Source: a virus (lineage: Duplodnaviria; Caudoviricetes). From it: 64,000 nucleotides of DNA. Under the pieces are notes generated by a model. The model had not been told where the DNA came from. It made no database searches and worked only from the letters and a program-made list of their open reading frames with translations. The stretch spans positions 128,001 through 192,000 of IMG/VR virus record IMGVR_UViG_3300009431_000002, one strand, 5' to 3'. Shown piece after piece: positions 17,601 through 24,239 of this stretch; position 1 is the stretch's first letter; the number at the start of each line of letters is the position of its first letter. Both the position numbers and the translations under genes were made by a program.

Positions 17601-20600
17601 TCAGCCCCGTGAAGGTGAGGATGGCCTTCTCGAACACCGGGTTCGGCATGGGCTCGGCCAGCCGGATGTGGGACCAGCGCTTGCCGTCCACACCGCCCGT
17701 GGCGTAGGGGTCGAACAGCCCGCCGCGCTCCGGCTTGAGGTCCTTGCCCCGGAACATCAGGCCCGGGTCCTTCAGTTCGCCGCTGGACATCCGCAGGATC
17801 TGCTCGTCGGTGAGGGGCGCGAGGTTCAGGGTCGAGCCCTGCTTCTTGACGTCGACGCCCAGCACGTTGAGGTAGCCGTTGAACTTGTCGAAGGCGAACG
17901 AGGTGGACGGCGGTGGGAGCTGCTCCCCAGTCTGCAGGGCCATCCACAGCTCGGGGTTCTTCTGGCTCTTGTAGGTGGCCATCTCCCGGATGTTGGCCTT
18001 CGCTCCATGAGCCAACATGGCGTACATGCCCAACGCGTCCATGGCCTGGGCGCCGTGGGCACCACCGCCCTTCGGAACCTCGTTGACGCTGTACGCGTAC
18101 CCGGCCCCGCCCGCGCGGGCGTGGGACTTCTTGTCGATCTGGTGCTTGAGCTTGAGGATGTACTGGTCGCCCGTGAGGATCGGCCCCAGGCTCTGCCCGG
18201 ACTTGGGGTCCACCAGCTCCTCGGTGTCGGACAGGCCCTCCTTCGCCAGCTCCGCCTTCATCTCCTTGGCGTAGTTGCGGTTGGCCCCGCCGAAGTTGTT
18301 GGTGACGTACCGCTTGCCCCGCTTCCGGGCGATCTTCCCGGCCATCGTCTCGAGGACCTGGCCGAGGTTGATGCGGCCGGGGATGCCAGCCGGGTTGAGC
18401 AGGACCTCGACCGGGGCGCCCTCTTCGCCAGAGGCGCGCGGCATCTCGTGGTCAGGCAGCACCGCCGTGACGATGCCCTTGTTGCCGTGGCGTCCGACCA
18501 GCTTGTCCCCGACGCGGGCAGGCTCCTCGGTGGCGACGTGGACGCTGACGTCCTTGCCCCGCTTGACGACGCGGACCACCCGGCCCTTCGTGTCCTTGTC
18601 CCAGACGATGGGCTTGGGGTCCATGTCCCGCACGAGGCTCTTGTGCAGCCGCGCCCGCATGCGACGCTCGCTGGTCTGCTCCGGCTTCTTCAGCGCGGCG
18701 ACGAGGATGTCCCCCTCGTTGACCTCCTGCCCCACCTGGATGACGCCGTCGTCGTCGAGCTTGTCGTAGACCTCGCGCTGCACGCGGTCGGGTGGCGCGT
18801 ACGCGCGGAACTTCTTCTTGTCCAGGACCGTGTTCTTGGTCAGCCGCATGCTCTTGCGGTGCATGTGCTGGGACTTGAGCTTCTCGGCCGCGGACTCGGA
18901 GACGACGATGCCGTCCTCGAAGTTGTACCCACGGTACGGGATGTAGGCCACCCGGAGGTTCTTGCCCAGCGCGAGCTTGCCTTCGCGCGTGAAGTTGGTG
19001 TCGGCCACCGTCTGGCCGCGCTTGACCTTGTCCCCCTTCTTCACGAGGGGCTCGGAGTGCAGGACGCTGGACGCCTCGTTGAGCGGGAAGTGGTCGTAGA
19101 GCTGGACCTCCTCCAGCTTCCCGGCCTTGCTCCGGATCTTGATGGCGCCGGGCCTCACCGACACCACGGTGCCTTCCACCGGGGACTCGTGGGAGTTGAA
19201 CTGGCCCAGCACGTCCTCGAAGGTGGACCTCACCTCGGTCTTGGACTGCACCAGCGGCTCGTCGCGGTCCACCAGGGGCACGGCCTGCTCCTGCTGCCGG
19301 GACGCCGTCATGGCCCTGTTGCCCTGGTTGTTCTGCAGGAAGGGCACGAGGTTGGTGGCCATGCTGAACAGGCCCTTGGCCGACGGGAGGATGTAGTCCA
19401 CCTCGCTGGCCGGCACCTGCATCACCTCGCCGCCCGGGCCGCTGACCGTCACCTCCTTACCGATGGGGACGAGCCGGTTCTTCACCTTCTTGTACTGGTC
19501 TGGGAAGGCGACGGTGGAGCGGTGCGCCTTGTGCGGATCGATCTTCTCCCGGCGGCCCGTCTTCGTGTTGTAGGCCTGGATGTAGAGGGTCTTGCCCTTC
19601 CGCGACACCCCCAGCGGGAGCTGGAGGGTGATGCCGGTGCGGTCACCCTCCGGGGTGTGGATGGGGTCGAGGAAGCCGAGGTGCGTCGGGTCGATGAGCT
19701 GGTCGGCGTCGGTCAGGGTGTGGGTGCTCTTGACCCCGCCCTCGCCCATGATGGTGGTCTTGGACTGGCCGGAGATGAACTCCAGCGGGTTGACCTGGTC
19801 GGGCATCTGCGACAGCTGGGTCTGGGTGAAGAAGGTCTTGATGGGCTTGTCGAACAGCCCGGGGGTCACGACCTCCCTGACGTCGGCCTTGCGGTCGATG
19901 TTGTTCTCCATCTTCCGCTGCAGATCCCAACGGCCGCGGGTCAGCCGCTCGGCCACGAAGTCGTCGACCGACAACGCGTCCTTGTAGAACAGGTGCTCAC
20001 GCGCGTCCGGGGTGTCCTCGCCCCTCGAGATCCGCGCGAGCTTGTGGGCCGAGGCCAGGAGCGACGGGCCGCTCACCTTGTCGTAGGCCTTGCCCAGGGT
20101 GATCTTCGTGCTGTCGGGGCGCAGCACGGTCGTGCCGAACTCATCTCGGAGGTGGCGCTCGGCGTCCTCGATGCTGGGTGCCTGCTTGCCCGTCGACGCC
20201 TTGTAGAAGGCGCGCATGGCGACGTCGTGCTTCTCCTTCTTCCCCTGGTTGAGGATCCCGCGGCCCAGCTCGCGCTCGATGGTGTCGTCGTCGACCCCCA
20301 GCACCTTGAGCATCGGGTAGAGCGGGATGTGGGAGTTGCCGTACCGGACCAGGAACCGCCGGTCCTCCGGGTGGAACCGGAGCCGGAAGTTCTTGCCTTT
20401 CGCCATGTTCCACTGGGACTCCAGCTCACCCTTGGCGCTGACGCGGTGGTACACCCCAGCCTTCAACCGGAACTGGTTGTCGACCTGGTACTCCTTGCCG
20501 TCGACGATGTAGGAGTGCCGCTTGGTCACGCGGGGCAGGTTGCCCACGCGCATGGACTTGCGGCTGATGACCTTGCCCGTCTCCTTGTTGACCAGGGAGA

Positions 20601-20811
20601 CGTCGGCCATAACAGGGTCAGCCCAAGTCCTGCCCTTGAGCTTCGCGTCCTGCTGGGACCGGATGTCGTCGATGCCCTTCTTGTCGTCGACCCAGACCCG
20701 GTGGAGCTCCAGCCGGTTCTCTCGCCCCTCGAAGGGGAACATCGACGAGATGGCGTCGCTGACACGGTCTTTGAGGGCACCGTAGGAACCCTCTGGGTTC
20801 AGTGTCGCCAT
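14665..20811 (-). CDS. rpoBC: DNA-directed RNA polymerase, single-polypeptide beta-beta' fusion (phage-encoded)
   Basis: Beta motifs: QLSQMPDQVNPL, THLGFLDPIHTPEG, NLVPFLQNNQGNRAM, GYNFEDGIVVSES, GDKLVGRHGNKG, LLNPAGIPGRINLGQ, YILKLKH. Beta' motifs: PVMPPVMRP, RRQDLSMRSTI, KRDPVLH, YNADFDGDQM (16702-16722), HGARKG bridge helix, SQALGEPATQLSMRAFH trigger loop. Confidence 0.95.
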   Translation of the reverse strand: MATLNPEGSYGALKDRVSDAISSMFPFEGRENRLELHRVWVDDKKGIDDIRSQQDAKLKGRTWADPVMADVSLVNKETGKVISRKSMRVGNLPRVTKRHSYIVDGKEYQVDNQFRLKAGVYHRVSAKGELESQWNMAKGKNFRLRFHPEDRRFLVRYGNSHIPLYPMLKVLGVDDDTIERELGRGILNQGKKEKHDVAMRAFYKASTGKQAPSIEDAERHLRDEFGTTVLRPDSTKITLGKAYDKVSGPSLLASAHKLARISRGEDTPDAREHLFYKDALSVDDFVAERLTRGRWDLQRKMENNIDRKADVREVVTPGLFDKPIKTFFTQTQLSQMPDQVNPLEFISGQSKTTIMGEGGVKSTHTLTDADQLIDPTHLGFLDPIHTPEGDRTGITLQLPLGVSRKGKTLYIQAYNTKTGRREKIDPHKAHRSTVAFPDQYKKVKNRLVPIGKEVTVSGPGGEVMQVPASEVDYILPSAKGLFSMATNLVPFLQNNQGNRAMTASRQQEQAVPLVDRDEPLVQSKTEVRSTFEDVLGQFNSHESPVEGTVVSVRPGAIKIRSKAGKLEEVQLYDHFPLNEASSVLHSEPLVKKGDKVKRGQTVADTNFTREGKLALGKNLRVAYIPYRGYNFEDGIVVSESAAEKLKSQHMHRKSMRLTKNTVLDKKKFRAYAPPDRVQREVYDKLDDDGVIQVGQEVNEGDILVAALKKPEQTSERRMRARLHKSLVRDMDPKPIVWDKDTKGRVVRVVKRGKDVSVHVATEEPARVGDKLVGRHGNKGIVTAVLPDHEMPRASGEEGAPVEVLLNPAGIPGRINLGQVLETMAGKIARKRGKRYVTNNFGGANRNYAKEMKAELAKEGLSDTEELVDPKSGQSLGPILTGDQYILKLKHQIDKKSHARAGGAGYAYSVNEVPKGGGAHGAQAMDALGMYAMLAHGAKANIREMATYKSQKNPELWMALQTGEQLPPPSTSFAFDKFNGYLNVLGVDVKKQGSTLNLAPLTDEQILRMSSGELKDPGLMFRGKDLKPERGGLFDPYATGGVDGKRWSHIRLAEPMPNPVFEKAILTFTGLKNKDYQAVIAGEKTLDGKTGPEAIRARLAAIDPRQQLETLRRQAETTKAVSTMAKLRKQIRFLEALVANDLTPDQAYFTSVVPVMPPVMRPVSVMESGKLNDSDINGLYKSLGITNIQLRDYDPGLGEKTKSKLTAELYDGLRALMMTGSTINGRKHRGVMETMKGVPQPKDSFFQKNLVSRRQDLSMRSTIIPEPDMGLDEVGIPYKLAKETYKPFVVRKLVREQGYVPAEAQHLVRTNSKVARHALERVMEERPVLLKRDPVLHKFGVMAFKPKLVGGKAIRIHPLVTSGYNADFDGDQMSAYVPLAKEAVEEARKLFPSNNLFNTTTGRVMYSPGHEAQLGLYRLTEWGKKTSHRFDSPAQVAAKARKLGLGMTDVVSVKGRETTLGRILLDRVLPEGMRGDAQLLHSKDFRMSKGPTKDLLTRMAKEHSADFGDVVNDLKDMGNDYAYESGASFTLDDFQAQQAVRDRALAGVHKAAKRIQKMKSLTQEEKDQRLVDLYSKATEDLSRAIRPKLERQGNHALEMVNAGARGNWDQVRQILIAPMLVKDAADRIVPVPITKSYAEGLDSASYFTAMHGARKGMIQKTKETAKPGALTKDVVNSAMNLVVVDGDAPDDADDGISADPEDREVIGRYLARPVKLRGGDVLPRNTEVTDRVQTRMKNSGVRRVSIRSPLKSVAPKGLYARDYGNLPDGQLPDPGTNIGVIASQALGEPATQLSMRAFHEGGVAASKSGRSTDKFTRVQDLLRMPKVLADSATLATTTGTVERVEKDAEVGGLNIWVKGKRHYVPEHLVNEKIKLRKGVKVRKGDRLSGGPINPHEMLPLTNINTVRGYLADEVHKAYSDAGPVLRRNVETAVRAITDLGVVDDAGDTDLLPGDLVSTSNVGYHNKKRKKPVKFTPILRGVTQTPLDMQEDWMARLQYQKLKDTIVDGALRGWSSNIHGLHPIPALAYGSEFGQPEKGTPGTTEFRVGY

Positions 20812-20863
20812 GGAACGTCCAGTTGTGCCATCAGGCTACAGTGCAAGGGATGCTGTGGCAACG

Positions 20864-20879
20864 GGTACAAGTAGAGTAA
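20864..20879 (+). promoter_or_regulatory. Candidate promoter motif copy 2 (GGTACAAG-TAGA-GTAA)
   Basis: In the divergent gap between the RNAP gene and a plus-strand block, before RBS GAGGAGG. Confidence 0.45.
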
Positions 20880-20900
20880 CCAACAGAGGAGGTCTGCTGC

Positions 20901-21107
20901 ATGATTGAAATCGTACCCACCGAAGACCACACCCTCGACGATCTGGACGACGAGCCCATCGTGCTCGCCGGCCCGGGCGATGACGAGGATGACAACGATG
21001 ACGAAGAGGAGGACAATGAGGAGGAGGTCGACGAGGACCGGGAGGACCGGACGAGTCCAGAGATCCTCGACGACGCCGTCGATGAGGCGATCTACGGCGA
21101 GGAGTAG
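20901..21107 (+). CDS. Small, extremely acidic protein (68 aa)
   Basis: Strong RBS GAGGAGG; long Asp/Glu run (DDEDDNDDEEEDNEEEVDED). Confidence 0.75.
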   Translation: MIEIVPTEDHTLDDLDDEPIVLAGPGDDEDDNDDEEEDNEEEVDEDREDRTSPEILDDAVDEAIYGEE

Positions 21108-21109
21108 CC

Positions 21110-21211
21110 ATGTTCTGGACGCTGGTGGGCGTCGGCCTGTTCCTGGGGCTGATGCTGTACATGAGACATTCGAGCGGGGACTTCGTGGCCTCGATGACCC
21201 GCTCGACCTGA
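21110..21211 (+). CDS. Single-TM microprotein (33 aa), not in the ORF track
   Basis: MFWTLVGVGLFLGLMLYMRHSSGDFVASMTRST*; RBS GAGGAG 5 nt upstream; nearly all codons end in G/C. Confidence 0.6.
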   Translation: MFWTLVGVGLFLGLMLYMRHSSGDFVASMTRST

Positions 21212-21630
21212 CCGCCGACGACGCGGCGCCCGACGCTACGTTCGCACTGGCGTACTGCACCCTGCTCGCCCACGACATCATCGCTGAGGCGTTGGACGGG
21301 GACCCCGAGGACTGGCCCGACTACATCCAGCTGTGCTGCGACGAAGTGAACTGCGCCGAGTGCGCGCTCCTCGCCGGCTTCCTGGAGGGTTCCGAGTTCT
21401 CGTGGGTCTGCGCCACCTGCGCCACCGCCTTCCCACACCACATCGGCTTCTGGATCTCGGGGACCTGCGACGCCTGCGACGGCGTCGTCACAACAGGTAC
21501 ACGCCGCTCCCCCGTCGTCACGACCGACGACGACCACGCCGAGTCCTGCGTCCTTCAACTGATCGAGGAGCAGCCGGTCCTCCGCGACCGGCTCCGCCGG
21601 ATGCAAGCACTGGTGGAGCGGCATGCGTAG
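21208..21630 (+). CDS. Cys-rich hypothetical protein, start uncertain
   Basis: 3' part of ORF 20905..21630 (CCDEVNCAEC...CATC...CDAC) has GC3-rich codons only from about 21190. No ATG/GTG in frame; the CTG at 21208 overlaps the upstream TGA. Confidence 0.55.
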   Translation: MTADDAAPDATFALAYCTLLAHDIIAEALDGDPEDWPDYIQLCCDEVNCAECALLAGFLEGSEFSWVCATCATAFPHHIGFWISGTCDACDGVVTTGTRRSPVVTTDDDHAESCVLQLIEEQPVLRDRLRRMQALVERHA

Positions 21631-21928
21631 GGCGCTACGATTCAGCGACCTCACGCGCCGCGCCAAGGAGGACCGAGAGGAGGCCCTCCGCCAGGACGAC
21701 GCCGGCGAACCACGAGTCATCTGCGACTACTGCGACCAGCCAATCGTGCCCGGAGAGGTCGGCTTCGCCATCCAGCAATTCGAGGTGGTGGTGAGCAACA
21801 AGTCCGGGCGCGACGTCTACCAGGACATCCACATGGAGGACGGGTCCTCCGAGAAGTGCTACCACTTCACGTGTCTCGCCGAGCACATCACCCAGCCGTG
21901 CATCATCGGAGCCGAGCATGAAATGTGA
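21623..21928 (+). CDS. Zinc-finger protein (CxxC...HxxC)
   Basis: ICDYCDQPIVPGE...SNKSGR...CYHFTCL. Confidence 0.7.
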   Translation: MRRALRFSDLTRRAKEDREEALRQDDAGEPRVICDYCDQPIVPGEVGFAIQQFEVVVSNKSGRDVYQDIHMEDGSSEKCYHFTCLAEHITQPCIIGAEHEM

Positions 21929-22187
21929 CTGGTGCGACTGCGAGTTCGAGCCCGATGAGGAGGCCATGCTGGTCATCGAGGGGCAGATGACCCTCTCCCC
22001 CAAGTCCGAGCGCCTGGTGCTGGGCAAGGAGATGACCCCCAAGTACTTCCACAAGGCCTGCCTCTACGAGGTGGCCATGCACGCGATGGAGCTCGACGAC
22101 GAGTACCTCGCCCAGGTCGGCGCCAACGTGCGCGAGATGCTGGAGGAGGAACTGCGCGAGAAGATCTACGACGAGCTGACTGCCTGA
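21918..22187 (+). CDS. Zinc-finger protein (CxxC...HxxC), probable paralogue of the upstream gene
   Basis: MKCDWCDCEFEPDE...SPKSER...YFHKACL. Confidence 0.7.
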   Translation: MKCDWCDCEFEPDEEAMLVIEGQMTLSPKSERLVLGKEMTPKYFHKACLYEVAMHAMELDDEYLAQVGANVREMLEEELREKIYDELTA

Positions 22188-22200
22188 CGACACAGTGTCG
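22188..22200. repeat. Dispersed palindrome, copy 3
   Basis: TGACGACACAGTGTCGTCG at 22185-22203, identical over 19 bp to copy 1; overlaps a stop codon and the convergent intergenic gap. Confidence 0.9.
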
Positions 22201-22208
22201 TCGACGCC

Positions 22209-22232
22209 GAGTGGGGGCCGCCCCACTCTTTT
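22209..22232 (+). terminator. Intrinsic terminator
   Basis: GAGTGGGG-CCGC-CCCCACTC followed by TTTT, between convergent genes. Confidence 0.75.
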
Positions 22233-22241
22233 AGATCGGGA

Positions 22242-24239
22242 TCAGACGACCGCCCGCTCGAGGGGCCGGCGCGGGGGCTTCTGCTCGGGGAGGGGCTGCT
22301 GAAGCGGATTCAGCGTGTCTCGCTGGCCTCCATCGCCCTCGCTCAGCAGGGCCTGGACCATGCGGTAGATGTCGGGGCTGCCCATCCGCAGCTTCTGCAT
22401 GGCCTGCGGGAACATGGCCGGCTGCTCGTCCTGGATCCGGCGCATCTCCGTGGCGATGCGTCGCGCGACGAAGCGGACGTCGACCATCTCGTTGCCGCCG
22501 GTCATCTGCCCCATGTGCATGGGGGACTGGACCTCCTGCGGGAGGTTGTCGACGTACACGGCCGCGCCGTCCGGCACACCCGGACCGATCTGCTCGCCGC
22601 GCATGACCGATGGCTGGGTCTGCGGCAGCTCGGCGTAGGACGGCGGGGACTCCGGCGGCTGCTGCATCTGCATCTGCATGTGCTGGGCCTGGATCTCGTA
22701 GCGGAGGGCCGCCAGCTGGGCCTCCCCCTGCGCCGCGGCCTGGGCCACCACCATCTCGCGGTTGGCTGCCACCTGCTTGACCAGCTCCTGCTTCTTCCGC
22801 TTCTCCTCGGTCTCCAAGTCCTCGCCGAGCTCGCGGAGGAACGTGGTGTCGGAGATCTTCATGGCCTGGTTCGCCTGGAAGTAGACCATCAGCCTCTGCA
22901 GGTCGTCGGCCATCTTGAACCGCTCGAACCGGATGGGCACCCTCGGCCAGCCGAGGAACTCGCAGATGCGGCCCATGACGAAGTCGCCAACCAGCCGGAG
23001 TTGGTCGTCGCGGTACCCACTGAACTGGTTCTCGAGGATGCGCATCGACACGTTGGTGCCGGTGTACTGCATGCCACCGAAGATGAACTCGATGGGCACG
23101 TTCATGCCCGCGATGATCTGCTCGCTCCAGACCCGCAGCTCCTGGTGGAGGATGAGCGCCCGTCCCTGGCCGCCGATCATCTCGTGGCCGAGTGGGATGG
23201 GCATCAGCGGGATGTAGTTGGGGTCCTGGCGCCAGCGAGCGATCTCCTCCTGGACCTGGTCCTTCCACTCCCCGAGGTTGATCATCGTGATGGGGTCGCC
23301 GGTCTGCCCGTTGGCCTGCGGGTACAGCACGCGCAGCGGGACGATGTGCTCCTGGGCGATCATCTCCTGGCCCTTGCGCAGGACCTGCAGGTAGAAGATG
23401 TCCTTGAGCACGGGCAGGACCAGCGGCATGCCCCAGCCCTGGTCCTTCTGGGCGATGATGGGCCGCTTGAGGTGGAACAGCGTGCCCGGCGCGAACTTCA
23501 CCGACTTCTTCTTCCGCATCGCCTCGATGAAGGTGTCGGGCACCGTCTCGATGACGTTGCGGCGGCCGATGGTGATGGCGTTCTTCAGCTTCTGCGGCAG
23601 CTTGTAGAAGTAGGTCGGGTCGGTGACGCCCTCGTTGTCGTCGATCTCCACCCGCTCCGGGTCCCACCGGACCAGCCGGATGCCCTTGGCCGTCCGCATG
23701 GCCTCGTCGTGGACCTCGGCCGGCCGGCGCTCCCCGCACTCGGGGCAGGTCAGGTAGTAGACCATCTCCTGGTAGCGGTAGTGCCTGCGGAGCTTGTCGA
23801 TGGGCGCCTTGTGGCCGCAGTGACGGCACTTGAGGTGCTTGACGAAGGGGAAGTGCACCGTGACGAAGGCGTTGCCGTAGTTGTAGTAGTCCAGCCCCAC
23901 CTCGATCTGGAACTTGCGGACCTGGAGCTGGTCCTCGAAGAGGTGGCGGTACCGCTCTCGGACGTCCTTGTCGTCGGCCTCGTAGATGATCTTGGTGATG
24001 GGGTACTCGGCCAGCTTGTACACGACCGCGTTGATGAGCGGGTTCGTGAAGAAGAAGTACCGGCACCACTGCAGCATCTGCTTGAGGCGCGCGGGGAAGT
24101 ACGTCTGGGCGGCGTCGAAGAACGGGTTGGGGTACCGCACCCCGGTCCGCTGCATGCTCGAGCCGAGCGTGACGGGCGTGCGGGAGAAGCGGGTCAGCCC
24201 GTCACCGTAGGAGACGCCGGTGTACCCGAGGCCTGGCAT
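22242..24239 (-). CDS. Probable portal protein with zinc-ribbon insertion
   Basis: YFFFTNPLINAVVYKLAEYP...GLDYYNYGNAF...IRLVRWDPERVEI...HLKRP....GWGMPLVLPVL resembles the portal motif order (N-terminal helix, YGNAF, HLK/G.P segment). Insertion CRHC...CPEC; Gln/Pro/Met-rich C-terminus. Confidence 0.6.
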   Translation of the reverse strand: MPGLGYTGVSYGDGLTRFSRTPVTLGSSMQRTGVRYPNPFFDAAQTYFPARLKQMLQWCRYFFFTNPLINAVVYKLAEYPITKIIYEADDKDVRERYRHLFEDQLQVRKFQIEVGLDYYNYGNAFVTVHFPFVKHLKCRHCGHKAPIDKLRRHYRYQEMVYYLTCPECGERRPAEVHDEAMRTAKGIRLVRWDPERVEIDDNEGVTDPTYFYKLPQKLKNAITIGRRNVIETVPDTFIEAMRKKKSVKFAPGTLFHLKRPIIAQKDQGWGMPLVLPVLKDIFYLQVLRKGQEMIAQEHIVPLRVLYPQANGQTGDPITMINLGEWKDQVQEEIARWRQDPNYIPLMPIPLGHEMIGGQGRALILHQELRVWSEQIIAGMNVPIEFIFGGMQYTGTNVSMRILENQFSGYRDDQLRLVGDFVMGRICEFLGWPRVPIRFERFKMADDLQRLMVYFQANQAMKISDTTFLRELGEDLETEEKRKKQELVKQVAANREMVVAQAAAQGEAQLAALRYEIQAQHMQMQMQQPPESPPSYAELPQTQPSVMRGEQIGPGVPDGAAVYVDNLPQEVQSPMHMGQMTGGNEMVDVRFVARRIATEMRRIQDEQPAMFPQAMQKLRMGSPDIYRMVQALLSEGDGGQRDTLNPLQQPLPEQKPPRRPLERAVV

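Noticed and set aside
14665-20811. Interpretation as a host chromosomal rpoBC locus
   Set aside because: No ribosomal protein, nusG or secE neighbours; the protein is much shorter and zinc-less; the flanks are phage spike, portal and baseplate genes.
14752-20874. 2040-aa plus-strand ORF opposite the RNAP, and similar long antisense ORFs (5001..6737, 10557..12542, 22515..25346, 45929..48109, 48236..51952, 60074..62218, 31263..32906, 38829..40181)
   Set aside because: Shadow ORFs from strong GC3 bias on the real strand. They are rich in V/L/G/H/R, have no motifs, and lie exactly opposite well-supported genes.
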